Source: Nitrospirota bacterium (lineage in GTDB: Bacteria > Nitrospirota > UBA9217). Taken from it: a stretch of DNA of 64,000 bases. Made by a program: the position numbers and the translations under genes. The notes under the pieces were generated by a model. It saw only the letters and a list, made by a program, of their open reading frames with translations. It had not been told where the DNA came from and searched no databases. The DNA lies in contig CAWFSF010000001.1 of assembly GCA_963818475.1 (NCBI GenBank), forward strand, positions 128,001 to 192,000, read 5' to 3'. Every line of letters starts with the position of its first letter. Position 1 is the first letter of the stretch. Shown one piece after another: positions 18,246 through 26,670 of the stretch.

Positions 18246-18812
18246 ATGAAAAGACTTGTTATTATCGCATTGACACTCGCAATGGTGGCCGGTATCGGAA
18301 TCGGAACTGCATCAGCCGCAAACAGCCTGGAGCAGGGCAACATAAGCGTCGGCGTGGGAATGGGAGACAGCGTATTCAACCATAACAATGAGGCCTTCGG
18401 TCCTTCTGACGTTCTCAACCTTAGCGCGCGGTATTTAATCACGAAAGATCTGGCTATCGTAGGCGGATTCGGATTAGAGGTCGGTGGCGGCGATTTTGAT
18501 TCCACCTATTTCAGTTTCACCGGCGGAGTGCGGAAATATCTTTCGACTAACGATTTCGCGCCTTTTGTCGGAGGTCAGCTTACCTACGCTGCTTATGAAG
18601 AAGAGAACCCCGCCGGCGCTACGGTTGTCGATCTGAACATGATCGATCTTTCCGCAGTGCTCGGTGCTGAATATTTCCTGGGTCAGCAGTTCAGTCTCGA
18701 GGGTTCAGTAGGCCTTGGTTTCGCTCAGTACAGTGACGACATCAACGTCGATAGCGATAGGACCGTTTTCGGCACTCGCAGCGTAGGTGTGAAGGCGAAT
18801 TTTTATTTTTAA
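18246..18812 (+). CDS. Small outer-membrane beta-barrel protein (about 8 strands)
   Basis: Signal peptide, alternating beta-strand pattern, C-terminal ANFYF BAM signal, AAGGAG RBS. Confidence 0.85.
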   Translation: MKRLVIIALTLAMVAGIGIGTASAANSLEQGNISVGVGMGDSVFNHNNEAFGPSDVLNLSARYLITKDLAIVGGFGLEVGGGDFDSTYFSFTGGVRKYLSTNDFAPFVGGQLTYAAYEEENPAGATVVDLNMIDLSAVLGAEYFLGQQFSLEGSVGLGFAQYSDDINVDSDRTVFGTRSVGVKANFYF

Positions 18813-18841
18813 TCGGACTTGAAACGCTGCTTCAATTAATG

Positions 18842-18874
18842 AACCGGAAAGCTTTGAGCTTTCCGGTTTTTTTT
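18842..18874 (+). terminator. Intrinsic terminator
   Basis: AACCGGAAAGCT-TTG-AGCTTTCCGGTT followed by a T-run. Confidence 0.85.
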
Positions 18875-18955
18875 ATTCAGGGCAAGTTCGACAGCCTGCA
18901 GGTGATTGAACAACGGAGCGCGAGGAGAGTAATCATTCAGGTCGAAGGTCGAAGG

Positions 18956-19100
18956 TTGAAACATTCGTAAAGAGCCAAGAAAGCCGTCTTTGCGAGCGAA
19001 GCGAGCAGTCTCGTTGTCGGTGCCTGATAATTCGAGATTGCCGCGTCGCCCTGCTCCTCGCAATGACAGCGGTCAGGAGGACTTCTTACGAGATCATCAA
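18956..19100. mobile_element. MITE-like element carrying a long REP-type palindrome, flanked by heptamer arrays
   Basis: Imperfect ends TTGAAACATTCGTAAAGAGCC / GACTTCTTACGAGATCATCAA; internal GTCTTTGCGAG..AGTCTCG / CGAGATTG..CTCGCAATGAC; flanked by AGGTCGA arrays and inverted TTCARCC arrays. Confidence 0.6.
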
Positions 19101-19268
19101 GGTTGGATGACTGAAAGATGAAGACTGCAAATAAGGGCACTTGAATTGGCTGAACCAAGCATCGCGGTTTTTTTTACAAACAAACTTCAGCCTTCAACCT
19201 CAACACCTGCATTCTTCATCCTTCAGCCTCAACACCTGAATTCCATGGCCTTCCGTCCCTCTCCCCAT

Positions 19269-19303
19269 AAAAAAAACCCCGGGAAAGGATCTTCCCGGGG
19301 TTT
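19269..19303 (-). terminator. Intrinsic terminator of the porin gene
   Basis: AAACCCCGGGAA / TTCCCGGGGTTT stem, with an A-run on + (T-run on -). Confidence 0.85.
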
Positions 19304-19354
19304 CTCGTATGCTTGACAACCCTGCCGGGGTTAACCGGCCTGGCGGTACTGCTT

Positions 19355-20671
19355 TTAGAACTTGAAGCTCAACACAGCCTGGATCGCTTGTGCAGGATCT
19401 GCATCCACGGTCCCAAACTTGTAGGCATCGCCCGGAATGAAGTAGCCGATGGTGGTGTTCAATGCCAGGTTCTCGTAGAGTTTCCAGTTGATCTTGGCAT
19501 CGATTTCCATACCGAGATCGCTTTCCGGCGCTCCACCATTGATGGCGACATCCTCGGTGGCCATGAGCCACCATGCATCAGCACCGATCATGAGGTTCTT
19601 GGTCACGTTGAAGCCGGCACCCACGCTCACAGCGGTGGTGTTGGCGAAACCGGTGCCCTTGGTCTTAAAGGACTGCTGGGCCGCGGTATTAATGAGATAT
19701 TCATAGATGAGGGTGTAATGCGTATCGCCATCCAGGAATGCAATAAATTCCTTCACATCCGTGTCACCGGCCTTTGCGCCGCTGCCGCGTGCAACGGTCG
19801 CATTGATCGTAAGAGCATCCAACGGGAGATTCGCCTGCAGAACAAACTGGTTGCCCTTGAACTTAGTCTCGCTCCCATCCTCATTTGTGACATCACCCAT
19901 CTGGACATCAACTTCGGCATTCAGCTTTACCGGTCCGATGTCGCCGGAGAAGTGGAGTCCGAGGTTCTGAAGACTGCCTTCGGTAACGGTGTTGGGTGTG
20001 ACTAAACCATAGAGAGCGTTAAACGTCTTACCATTGCGGTCCATGATATTGGTAAAATTGACGCCGGCCGACATTGTGTCGCTTATCTTGTAGGTTCCAA
20101 CGAAAGCGTAGGCATCAGTGTCATCAGCCTCTGTAGGGACACCTTCGCCGACCTTGATATCAACAAAGCCGAGGTGGAGTGCATCGATGTCCGAATACAC
20201 TACCCATGCGTCAGATCCGTACTTCATGGAACGGAAGAACCAGGCATTGCCAAGCTGCAGGAGCATATGGCCGCCCTTGACGCCGACCGGGGTTCCCGGT
20301 ACCTTAAAGCCGATCCATGCCTCGCGAAGAGCAAGCTGCGTGCCATGAGTCGTTGTTGCGGTTGTAGGACTAGTTATCGTTGTGGTTTCAGCACCATTCC
20401 CCTGTACTGATTCAAACCTGCCCCAGGCATCCCAGTCGTTCTCAATGCCTATCCGGCCGCTCAGAGCATCGCCGGCCTTGGCGTCGATGTTCAGCCGTAC
20501 CCGCTCACTGGTGATGTTCTGATTGTCATGCGTGGCATCGGCCAGGTCCAGGTTCGTGAGGTTCCGCAGACGATACTCAATGCTGCCGTTCACCGAAACA
20601 TCGGCGGCGAACGCCATGGAGCTCATACAGGTCATAACTACGATTACCAATAGTACCAGAAACTTCTTCAT
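19355..20671 (-). CDS. Major outer-membrane porin (large beta-barrel, OmpJ/alginate-export-like)
   Basis: Signal peptide ending AFA; many amphipathic strands; LREAW, DLGMEIDAK and GY..PGDAY motifs; C-terminal LSFKF; AGGAGG RBS. Confidence 0.85.
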   Translation of the reverse strand: MKKFLVLLVIVVMTCMSSMAFAADVSVNGSIEYRLRNLTNLDLADATHDNQNITSERVRLNIDAKAGDALSGRIGIENDWDAWGRFESVQGNGAETTTITSPTTATTTHGTQLALREAWIGFKVPGTPVGVKGGHMLLQLGNAWFFRSMKYGSDAWVVYSDIDALHLGFVDIKVGEGVPTEADDTDAYAFVGTYKISDTMSAGVNFTNIMDRNGKTFNALYGLVTPNTVTEGSLQNLGLHFSGDIGPVKLNAEVDVQMGDVTNEDGSETKFKGNQFVLQANLPLDALTINATVARGSGAKAGDTDVKEFIAFLDGDTHYTLIYEYLINTAAQQSFKTKGTGFANTTAVSVGAGFNVTKNLMIGADAWWLMATEDVAINGGAPESDLGMEIDAKINWKLYENLALNTTIGYFIPGDAYKFGTVDADPAQAIQAVLSFKF

Positions 20672-21076
20672 CGTTTATCCTCCTATTCAAGTTTTGTCCC
20701 GGCAAGCCGGAACAGTTAGCACATCTATGTATAATAATGTGGAGCAACGCAACTGCTATAGTAACATTATGAGGTGAGCTCACCCCCCCTTTCGCACTGG
20801 AGTATGAATCTGGTAGACACGCAGCTGAGCAAATGCAAGTTCTCGTGACGAACTGATATAAATTTTAAATTTGAATGCAGTGGATTGACGAAATGAGCAT
20901 CCCGCGAGAACGCCGTCGGAAAGACCGGAGAATTGCTCGGGGACGAAGCGGTGCGATCGTGGTATGTAGGTCTGATAGTGGTTATCATAGGTTGAATAAC
21001 TTGCACTGCCACTATTACAAACTACATGAAACTCGATGCCGAAGGTATGCCGTAAATATTGGTGTAGGACTGAAAA

Positions 21077-21105
21077 ACTATACCAAAGTGGTATATTCAA
21101 GTCAA
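21077..21105 (-). promoter_or_regulatory. Sigma-70 promoter about 400 nt upstream of the porin gene
   Basis: TTGACT-17-TATAGT. Confidence 0.6.
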
Positions 21106-21306
21106 GACTTTTCTAGCCCATTAATAACATAAAAATAAGGCCTTATATGTGCAGTTTATTGAAACTATTGCGGGGCATGCTGCAGAATAACTTGCTGGTT
21201 CGAGATGTGACAATACCGGCAGTGAGGACGGATGATCAAGTCCGCTATTGCAGAACCTGACTCCTTTCTCCTTGCATAATAAAAAAACACATGCTATAAA
21301 CCATCC

Positions 21307-21867
21307 ATGTCAACCAACCTCACACGTGAAGAACAGATCGTCATGGCAGGCCAAACCTACGGCCGCGGACATGATATTGCGTACCGCACGGGACTTGTCC
21401 TGCAGGTCCTCGGCGCAGCGTTCCTTGCCGTGCTCTATCCACTCCAGAGCCCGTTCTACACCATCGGGATCATGCTGTTCGAGGCGGGGGTGCTGCTGTC
21501 CGGCATATTCCTCCCCGTCAGGATGTCCTTGGCGAAAATACTTATCATCGGATCGATCCTGACGGGACTCGCGCTTCAGGTCGCCGGGTTCCACGTGCAG
21601 GAACAGCACGCGGGACTCATGATCATAGCCGGCATTGGACTGGTCTGCGTGGGGGCTGCCGGCATGGCGGGAAAGGAAGCATACTATTTCGGCTACCGCG
21701 AAGGATGGCTGCTCATGCTGCTGGCGCCGTTCATGGTCCTGGTCAATCTCCTCGGCAAAGAGAACCCTGTGCTGAATGCCATCGGGTTTTCGATCGTTTT
21801 CCTGCTCCAGCTCTCACTGGTCGGGAGGAAACTGAAGCAAAGTGCAGAGGTAAGATGTAAGAAGTAA
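21307..21867 (+). CDS. Integral membrane protein, DUF2301-like
   Basis: YRTGL and GKEAYYF..REG motifs, six TM helices; TTGCAT-17-TATAAA promoter ends 6 nt before the ATG. Confidence 0.65.
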   Translation: MSTNLTREEQIVMAGQTYGRGHDIAYRTGLVLQVLGAAFLAVLYPLQSPFYTIGIMLFEAGVLLSGIFLPVRMSLAKILIIGSILTGLALQVAGFHVQEQHAGLMIIAGIGLVCVGAAGMAGKEAYYFGYREGWLLMLLAPFMVLVNLLGKENPVLNAIGFSIVFLLQLSLVGRKLKQSAEVRCKK

Positions 21868-22000
21868 GAGGACAGATAAAAGATGGCGAATCCACATGCG
21901 AAAACATAACTTCAGAAATCTGAAAATTGCTCTTGCATTCGCTCAAAAGCCCTCTAGTCTTACCTCTTTCATCTTACTTCTTTCATCACGCTTCTTCCTT
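21849..22000. repeat. Inverted pair of heptamer arrays between convergent genes
   Basis: GGTAAGA TGTAAGA AGTAAGA ... TCTTACC TCTTTCA TCTTACT TCTTTCA. Confidence 0.65.
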
Positions 22001-23410
22001 CTATTCCTTAAACTCCTCTTTCTTCAACCCGTGTTTCGCCATCTTCACATGGAAGTTTTTGATGTTCATCCCCGCATGGTGCGATGCCTTGCTCATGTTG
22101 CCTTTGTACATGCTGAGGACCCTGGTGAGATATTCCTTTTCAAACCGCTCGACCATCTCGGTTTTCATTGTTTTGAACTGCTGCAGCCGGCCGCTGATCC
22201 CGAAAGCCTTGCCGGGTTTGCCGTCGGCGCCTGCAAGCTCAAGATCCATGCGCTGCAGGGCGTCGCTCTTTTCCATGATCACCGCCCGTTCGATGATATT
22301 TTCCAGCTCACGTACATTGCCCGGATAGGAATAATGCATCATAGCGTCAAAAGCCTGCGACGTTATCGACCTGATCTGCTTCTGGTTTTTATCACAGTAT
22401 TTTTTGAGGAAGTGGATCGCCAGCAGCGGCACGTCGTCGATCCGCTCGCGGAGCGGAGGAAGCCTGAGCGGCACGACATTGAGCCGGTAGAAGAGGTCCT
22501 CCCGGAACAGGCGCTCGCTCATGGCGCGCTGCAGGTCCTTGTGGGTGGCCGCGATGAGGCGGACATCGACCTTGATGACCTGGTCGCCGCCGACGCGCTC
22601 CACCTCCCGCTCCTGAAGGACCCGAAGCAGTTTGAGCTGCACCGGCATCGTCATTTCACCGATCTCATCGAGGAACACGGTGCCGCCGTCGGCCATTTCG
22701 AAGCGTCCGATGCGCTGCCGTATGGCGCCGGTGAACGCCCCTTTCTCGTGGCCGAAAAGCTCGCTCTCCAGCAGCGTCTCCGGCAGGGCTGAGCAGTTCA
22801 CGACGACGAAGGGCCGGTCCTTCCTGCGGCTGTTGTAGTGAATGGCCCTCGCGATGAGCTCCTTGCCCGTGCCGCTTTCGCCGGTGACCAGGACCGTTGC
22901 GTCGGTCTCCGCGACGGTACGGATGATCTGGAAAATGTTCTGCATCTGCGGCGTCCGGCCCAGAATGTTGCCGAACTGGTAGCGCTCTTCCACTTCGTGG
23001 CGCAGGCTCTCCACTTCGCGCGAGAGACGGCAGTGTTCCACGGCGTTCTTTACCTGCAGGCTCAAGTCCTCGAACTGGACCGGCTTGGTCAGAAAGCTGT
23101 AGGCCCCCTCCTTCATTGCCTTGACCGCCATCTCGATGGTCCCGTAGGCGGTGATGAGGATCACCGGAATATCGGGCTGCCCGTCCCCTTTGCCCTGTCC
23201 GCTCCGCAGTTGCTCGAGGAATTCCATCCCGGTGAACTTCGGCATCTGATGGTCCACGATAATGGCATCATAGTCCCTGCCCTCCATCTTCTTCAACGCC
23301 TCGATCCCGTCGCCGGCAGTATCCACCTCGTACCCCTCGCGCCGGAGGTTGGCCGTCATCACCAGCAGGATATCCGGCTCGTCATCAACTATGAGAAGAA
23401 CTCCCTTCAT
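22001..23410 (-). CDS. Sigma-54-dependent response regulator (NtrC family: REC-AAA+-HTH)
   Basis: IVDDE..D..MP REC domain; [31 protein letters not shown] and PGNVRELEN motifs. Confidence 0.95.
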   Translation of the reverse strand: MKGVLLIVDDEPDILLVMTANLRREGYEVDTAGDGIEALKKMEGRDYDAIIVDHQMPKFTGMEFLEQLRSGQGKGDGQPDIPVILITAYGTIEMAVKAMKEGAYSFLTKPVQFEDLSLQVKNAVEHCRLSREVESLRHEVEERYQFGNILGRTPQMQNIFQIIRTVAETDATVLVTGESGTGKELIARAIHYNSRRKDRPFVVVNCSALPETLLESELFGHEKGAFTGAIRQRIGRFEMADGGTVFLDEIGEMTMPVQLKLLRVLQEREVERVGGDQVIKVDVRLIAATHKDLQRAMSERLFREDLFYRLNVVPLRLPPLRERIDDVPLLAIHFLKKYCDKNQKQIRSITSQAFDAMMHYSYPGNVRELENIIERAVIMEKSDALQRMDLELAGADGKPGKAFGISGRLQQFKTMKTEMVERFEKEYLTRVLSMYKGNMSKASHHAGMNIKNFHVKMAKHGLKKEEFKE

Positions 23411-23477
23411 CGCGCTCCGATCCTTGTTCGTACCAGCCTCTGCAAAACGTTTCCAGACCCCATGGCCCGCCGGGTGT

Positions 23478-25115
23478 TCATTGTCGGCGGAGCTGCCCCG
23501 CAGCGCTGCCGGGCCTTTCTACCACTGCTCCGGCTGTGACCGGCAATCGCACGACAACACGCGTGCCGCCCGCCTCGGGCTGCTCGACCAGGATCTCACC
23601 ACCATGGTTTTTCAGCACACGCTGCACGATGGTCAGACCAAGCCCGGTCCCCTTGATCTTCGTCGTATAGAACGACTGAAAGATTCGGTCCCGGTCCTCC
23701 TCCGGGATGCCCGGCCCGGTATCCTGGATGCTGATCTCTGCATGACCGCCCGCCCCGATTGCCGTCCCCAGCCGGAGTGTTCCCCCTTCGGGCATTGCTT
23801 CCACCGCGTTTCTGAGCAGATTATGCAGGACTTGTTCGAGCTGCAGTTCATCGGCTTCGATAAGCGGCATGACCGGGGAAAGCTCGTAAATGACGGAGAG
23901 GTGCTGGTCCTTCAATTGTTCGCAGAGGGCATCCAATGCCTGATCGAACACCGCGTTGATATTCAGGGTGGTAAAGCGGGTGCGCAATGGTTTGGAAACG
24001 TAGAGAAGGTCGGAAGCGACCTGGTTTACTCTGACGGCCTGGCGTTTGATCAGGCTGACGAATTTCTGAAGTGTTTCATCGCCCGGGTACTCCGCGGCAA
24101 GAAAGTGCGTGGCCCCGGTGATCGCATTCAACGGGTTGCGCACTTCGTGTGCCACTCGCGCGGCCATTTCCCCCAGTTCCGCGAGCCGGCGTGCGTGCTC
24201 AAGACGGTCTGCAAGCCGCATTTTTTCGGACACATCCTTGATATATTCCACCACCTGGACCACGCGGTTGCCCCGGTCCAGGAGCGGAAAGGTGCTGATC
24301 TCGATGAAGCGGTCCCGATCGTCACTGCCATCCCCGCCGGGCGTAAATGCCAGCCGCTTGGTGGTCGAAGCCGGCTGCCCGGTCAGGAACGTTTCTTCAG
24401 CAGGGCAGTCAATGCAGATCTTCGTGTCAAAGGCGCACGCAGTATAACAGTGGTCGCCGAGCTTAATGGAGCGGGAGAGCAGCGAGGTCATTGATTTGTT
24501 CACGGCAGTTACCCGAAATTCGCTGTCCACGACCTGAATGCCGTCGGTAATGCCGTCGAATACGGCAAGGAGTTTCTTTCGCGCGTCAGAGACCTGGTCC
24601 TCCATCTCTTTTTTTCGCGTGATGTCCTCACACACAATGACGACACCGTTGCCCACGGACCAGGCCATTCTGCCGAGGGGATAGACGCTGTAGCTGATGA
24701 CCCTGCGCGGACCGTGTTTGGGATAGAAATCGTACTCGAGCTCCAAAGCAGCCCCGGCTGCCCAAACCGCATCGGTCAGCCGCTCCCACAGCGCCCGCAT
24801 GGCCTGGTCCTCGAAGGTACTGATCCGGCCTACCTCGCCAAAGGGCCTGCCGATGACCTGGGTGCGATGCAGGGAAAAAAGCGATTCGGCTGCCGCATTA
24901 AACACCCTGACCCTGCCTTCCCCGTCAAGCGAGATCACACCAGTGGTCACACTGTCGAGCAGGCTGGCCAGGTGGCGCAGAATATCACGGTCAGGAGGTG
25001 CGGAATGCGTGTCGGGACCGGCTGGCGGCGGAAGCATGTTTCGGACAGCGGCCCTTTCACGCTTCCTCCGAAGAACTGATGCTGCTGAACCGAGGATGTT
25101 TCTAAGGCGAGACAT
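23478..25115 (-). CDS. Cytoplasmic PAS-PAS sensor histidine kinase with Cys-rich second PAS
   Basis: FNAAAE PAS motif; HCYTACAFDTKICIDCP; VAHEVRNPL, NAVEA, DTGPGI and GTGLGL boxes. Confidence 0.9.
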   Translation of the reverse strand: MSRLRNILGSAASVLRRKRERAAVRNMLPPPAGPDTHSAPPDRDILRHLASLLDSVTTGVISLDGEGRVRVFNAAAESLFSLHRTQVIGRPFGEVGRISTFEDQAMRALWERLTDAVWAAGAALELEYDFYPKHGPRRVISYSVYPLGRMAWSVGNGVVIVCEDITRKKEMEDQVSDARKKLLAVFDGITDGIQVVDSEFRVTAVNKSMTSLLSRSIKLGDHCYTACAFDTKICIDCPAEETFLTGQPASTTKRLAFTPGGDGSDDRDRFIEISTFPLLDRGNRVVQVVEYIKDVSEKMRLADRLEHARRLAELGEMAARVAHEVRNPLNAITGATHFLAAEYPGDETLQKFVSLIKRQAVRVNQVASDLLYVSKPLRTRFTTLNINAVFDQALDALCEQLKDQHLSVIYELSPVMPLIEADELQLEQVLHNLLRNAVEAMPEGGTLRLGTAIGAGGHAEISIQDTGPGIPEEDRDRIFQSFYTTKIKGTGLGLTIVQRVLKNHGGEILVEQPEAGGTRVVVRLPVTAGAVVERPGSAAGQLRRQ

Positions 25116-26622
25116 GCTTCTCATCGTTGCCGGAACCGGTTGCATGCTGGCGGTAAGCCTGCATCCCGAGCTTCAATAATCCCTTTTCAATAAGACGGTG
25201 GGCGGACTCTGACACGGTTGGGTCGAACTGTCTCCCTGCTTCCCGCTCCAGTTCGGCCAGCACCTCGTCTGCAGAGATCACGCCGCGATAAGGGCGCTCC
25301 GACAGCATGGCGTCCATCGTATCGGAGACGTTCAGCACCCGCGCGGCAAGCGTGATCTGATCGCCTGCCAATCCACGCGGATATCCCGTGCCGTCGTAGC
25401 GTTCGTGATGCTGGTAGATAGCATCGATAATGGCGGGTGAAAACCCGATGGGTTCGAGGATCCTGATCCCGTGTGCCGGATGGTCTTTCATGATGTCGAA
25501 TTCTTCGCGGCTCAGGCGGTCCGGCTTGCTGATGATGCGCTCACTGATGCCGATCTTGCCGACGTCATGCAGGATGGAGGAAATATGGAGTTCCTCAAGT
25601 TGTGTGGGGCTCATGCCCATATCGCGTCCTATGGCGACAGCATATTTGGCGACATTTGTTGAATGCCACCGGGTATAGGGGTCCTTCGCCTCCACGGCGG
25701 CCACCAGCGCCTGAACTGTTCGGAAGTAGTTCTCGCGCAGGCTCTCGTACAGGCCGGCGTTTTCCATGGCCGTGACCACCTGGCTCGACAGGATCAGGAG
25801 CACCTGAAGGTCGCTGGTCGTAAACGGGGGATCGGCAAATTTGCTCACATTGAGCACGCCGAACATCTTGTCCCTGCCGATCAGGGGCACCGACATGGAC
25901 GAGATCGGCATGTTGTCGTGGTTCAGAGCTTCCATAACCTCTTTGTCGGCATGTTTGCCCCTCGATATGATCAGCGGTTTTCGGTTCTTGAGAACAAGCC
26001 CCGAGATCCCTTCGCCGGTCTTGCGCCGTGCCTTCAGGGCCGTCTCCGTCGGTAAACCGTGTGAAGCGCGTATCAGCAGGTTGTCGCTGTTCTCATCAAG
26101 CAGCATGAGCGAAACGCGCTCTACCGAGAATTCCTGCACCAGGACCTCGGTGATGATCTTGAACAGATGAGCAAGGTCGATCTCGGTAACAAGCAGTTTA
26201 CTGATCTCGAAGAGGGGGATCAGCGCCTTCAGCCTGATATTCTCTTTCTGGAGCCTGCTGCGATTCATCGAACGCTCAACCGTGCCGAGGAGTTCCTCCT
26301 GGGTGAACGGTTTCAGCACAAAACCATCAACGCCGCTCATCAGTGATTCGATCGCAGTATCGAGCGTGCCATGTCCCGTAATGAAGATGGTGACGATATC
26401 GCGGTTCAACCCCTTGACCTGATCAAATAGTTCCAACCCGTCCATCCCCGGCATTTTGATATCCGTAATGAGCAGATCCGTCATATTCCGGTTCAGTTCC
26501 TCGAAGGCGGCCTTGCCGTTCGGCGCTGTCGTTACCTGATAGCCCTCTGCCGACAGGATATGAAAGCACAGGTCCCGGATCATTTCTTCATCATCTACTA
26601 CGAGTATTTTTTCACCGGCCAT
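25102..26622 (-). CDS. REC-GAF-HD-GYP cyclic-dinucleotide phosphodiesterase
   Basis: REC domain, GAF domain (SVPL..GVLNV..F...D..L), LHDVGKIG and HHERYDGTGYP motifs. Confidence 0.92.
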   Translation of the reverse strand: MAGEKILVVDDEEMIRDLCFHILSAEGYQVTTAPNGKAAFEELNRNMTDLLITDIKMPGMDGLELFDQVKGLNRDIVTIFITGHGTLDTAIESLMSGVDGFVLKPFTQEELLGTVERSMNRSRLQKENIRLKALIPLFEISKLLVTEIDLAHLFKIITEVLVQEFSVERVSLMLLDENSDNLLIRASHGLPTETALKARRKTGEGISGLVLKNRKPLIISRGKHADKEVMEALNHDNMPISSMSVPLIGRDKMFGVLNVSKFADPPFTTSDLQVLLILSSQVVTAMENAGLYESLRENYFRTVQALVAAVEAKDPYTRWHSTNVAKYAVAIGRDMGMSPTQLEELHISSILHDVGKIGISERIISKPDRLSREEFDIMKDHPAHGIRILEPIGFSPAIIDAIYQHHERYDGTGYPRGLAGDQITLAARVLNVSDTMDAMLSERPYRGVISADEVLAELEREAGRQFDPTVSESAHRLIEKGLLKLGMQAYRQHATGSGNDEKHVSP

Positions 26623-26670
26623 TAGAGTAAATCCTCCACCGCGACGCTCATCTCGCCTGACACTTTCACA

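Noticed and set aside
20830-21020. Sigma-54 promoter for the porin driven by the neighbouring NtrC-type activator
   Set aside because: The closest matches (GTCACGAGAACTTGCA, TGGCAGTGCAAGTTA) lack correct GG-N10-GC spacing.
20672-21075. c-di-GMP (GEMM) or other known riboswitch upstream of the porin
   Set aside because: I could not find the GGCAAA..GAAA..GGACGCAAAG-type core or any other aptamer I recognise by eye. An Infernal/Rfam scan is still needed.
10332-22000. CRISPR array
   Set aside because: The repeats are 7-9-nt tandem units without unique 30-40-nt spacers, and there are no cas genes.
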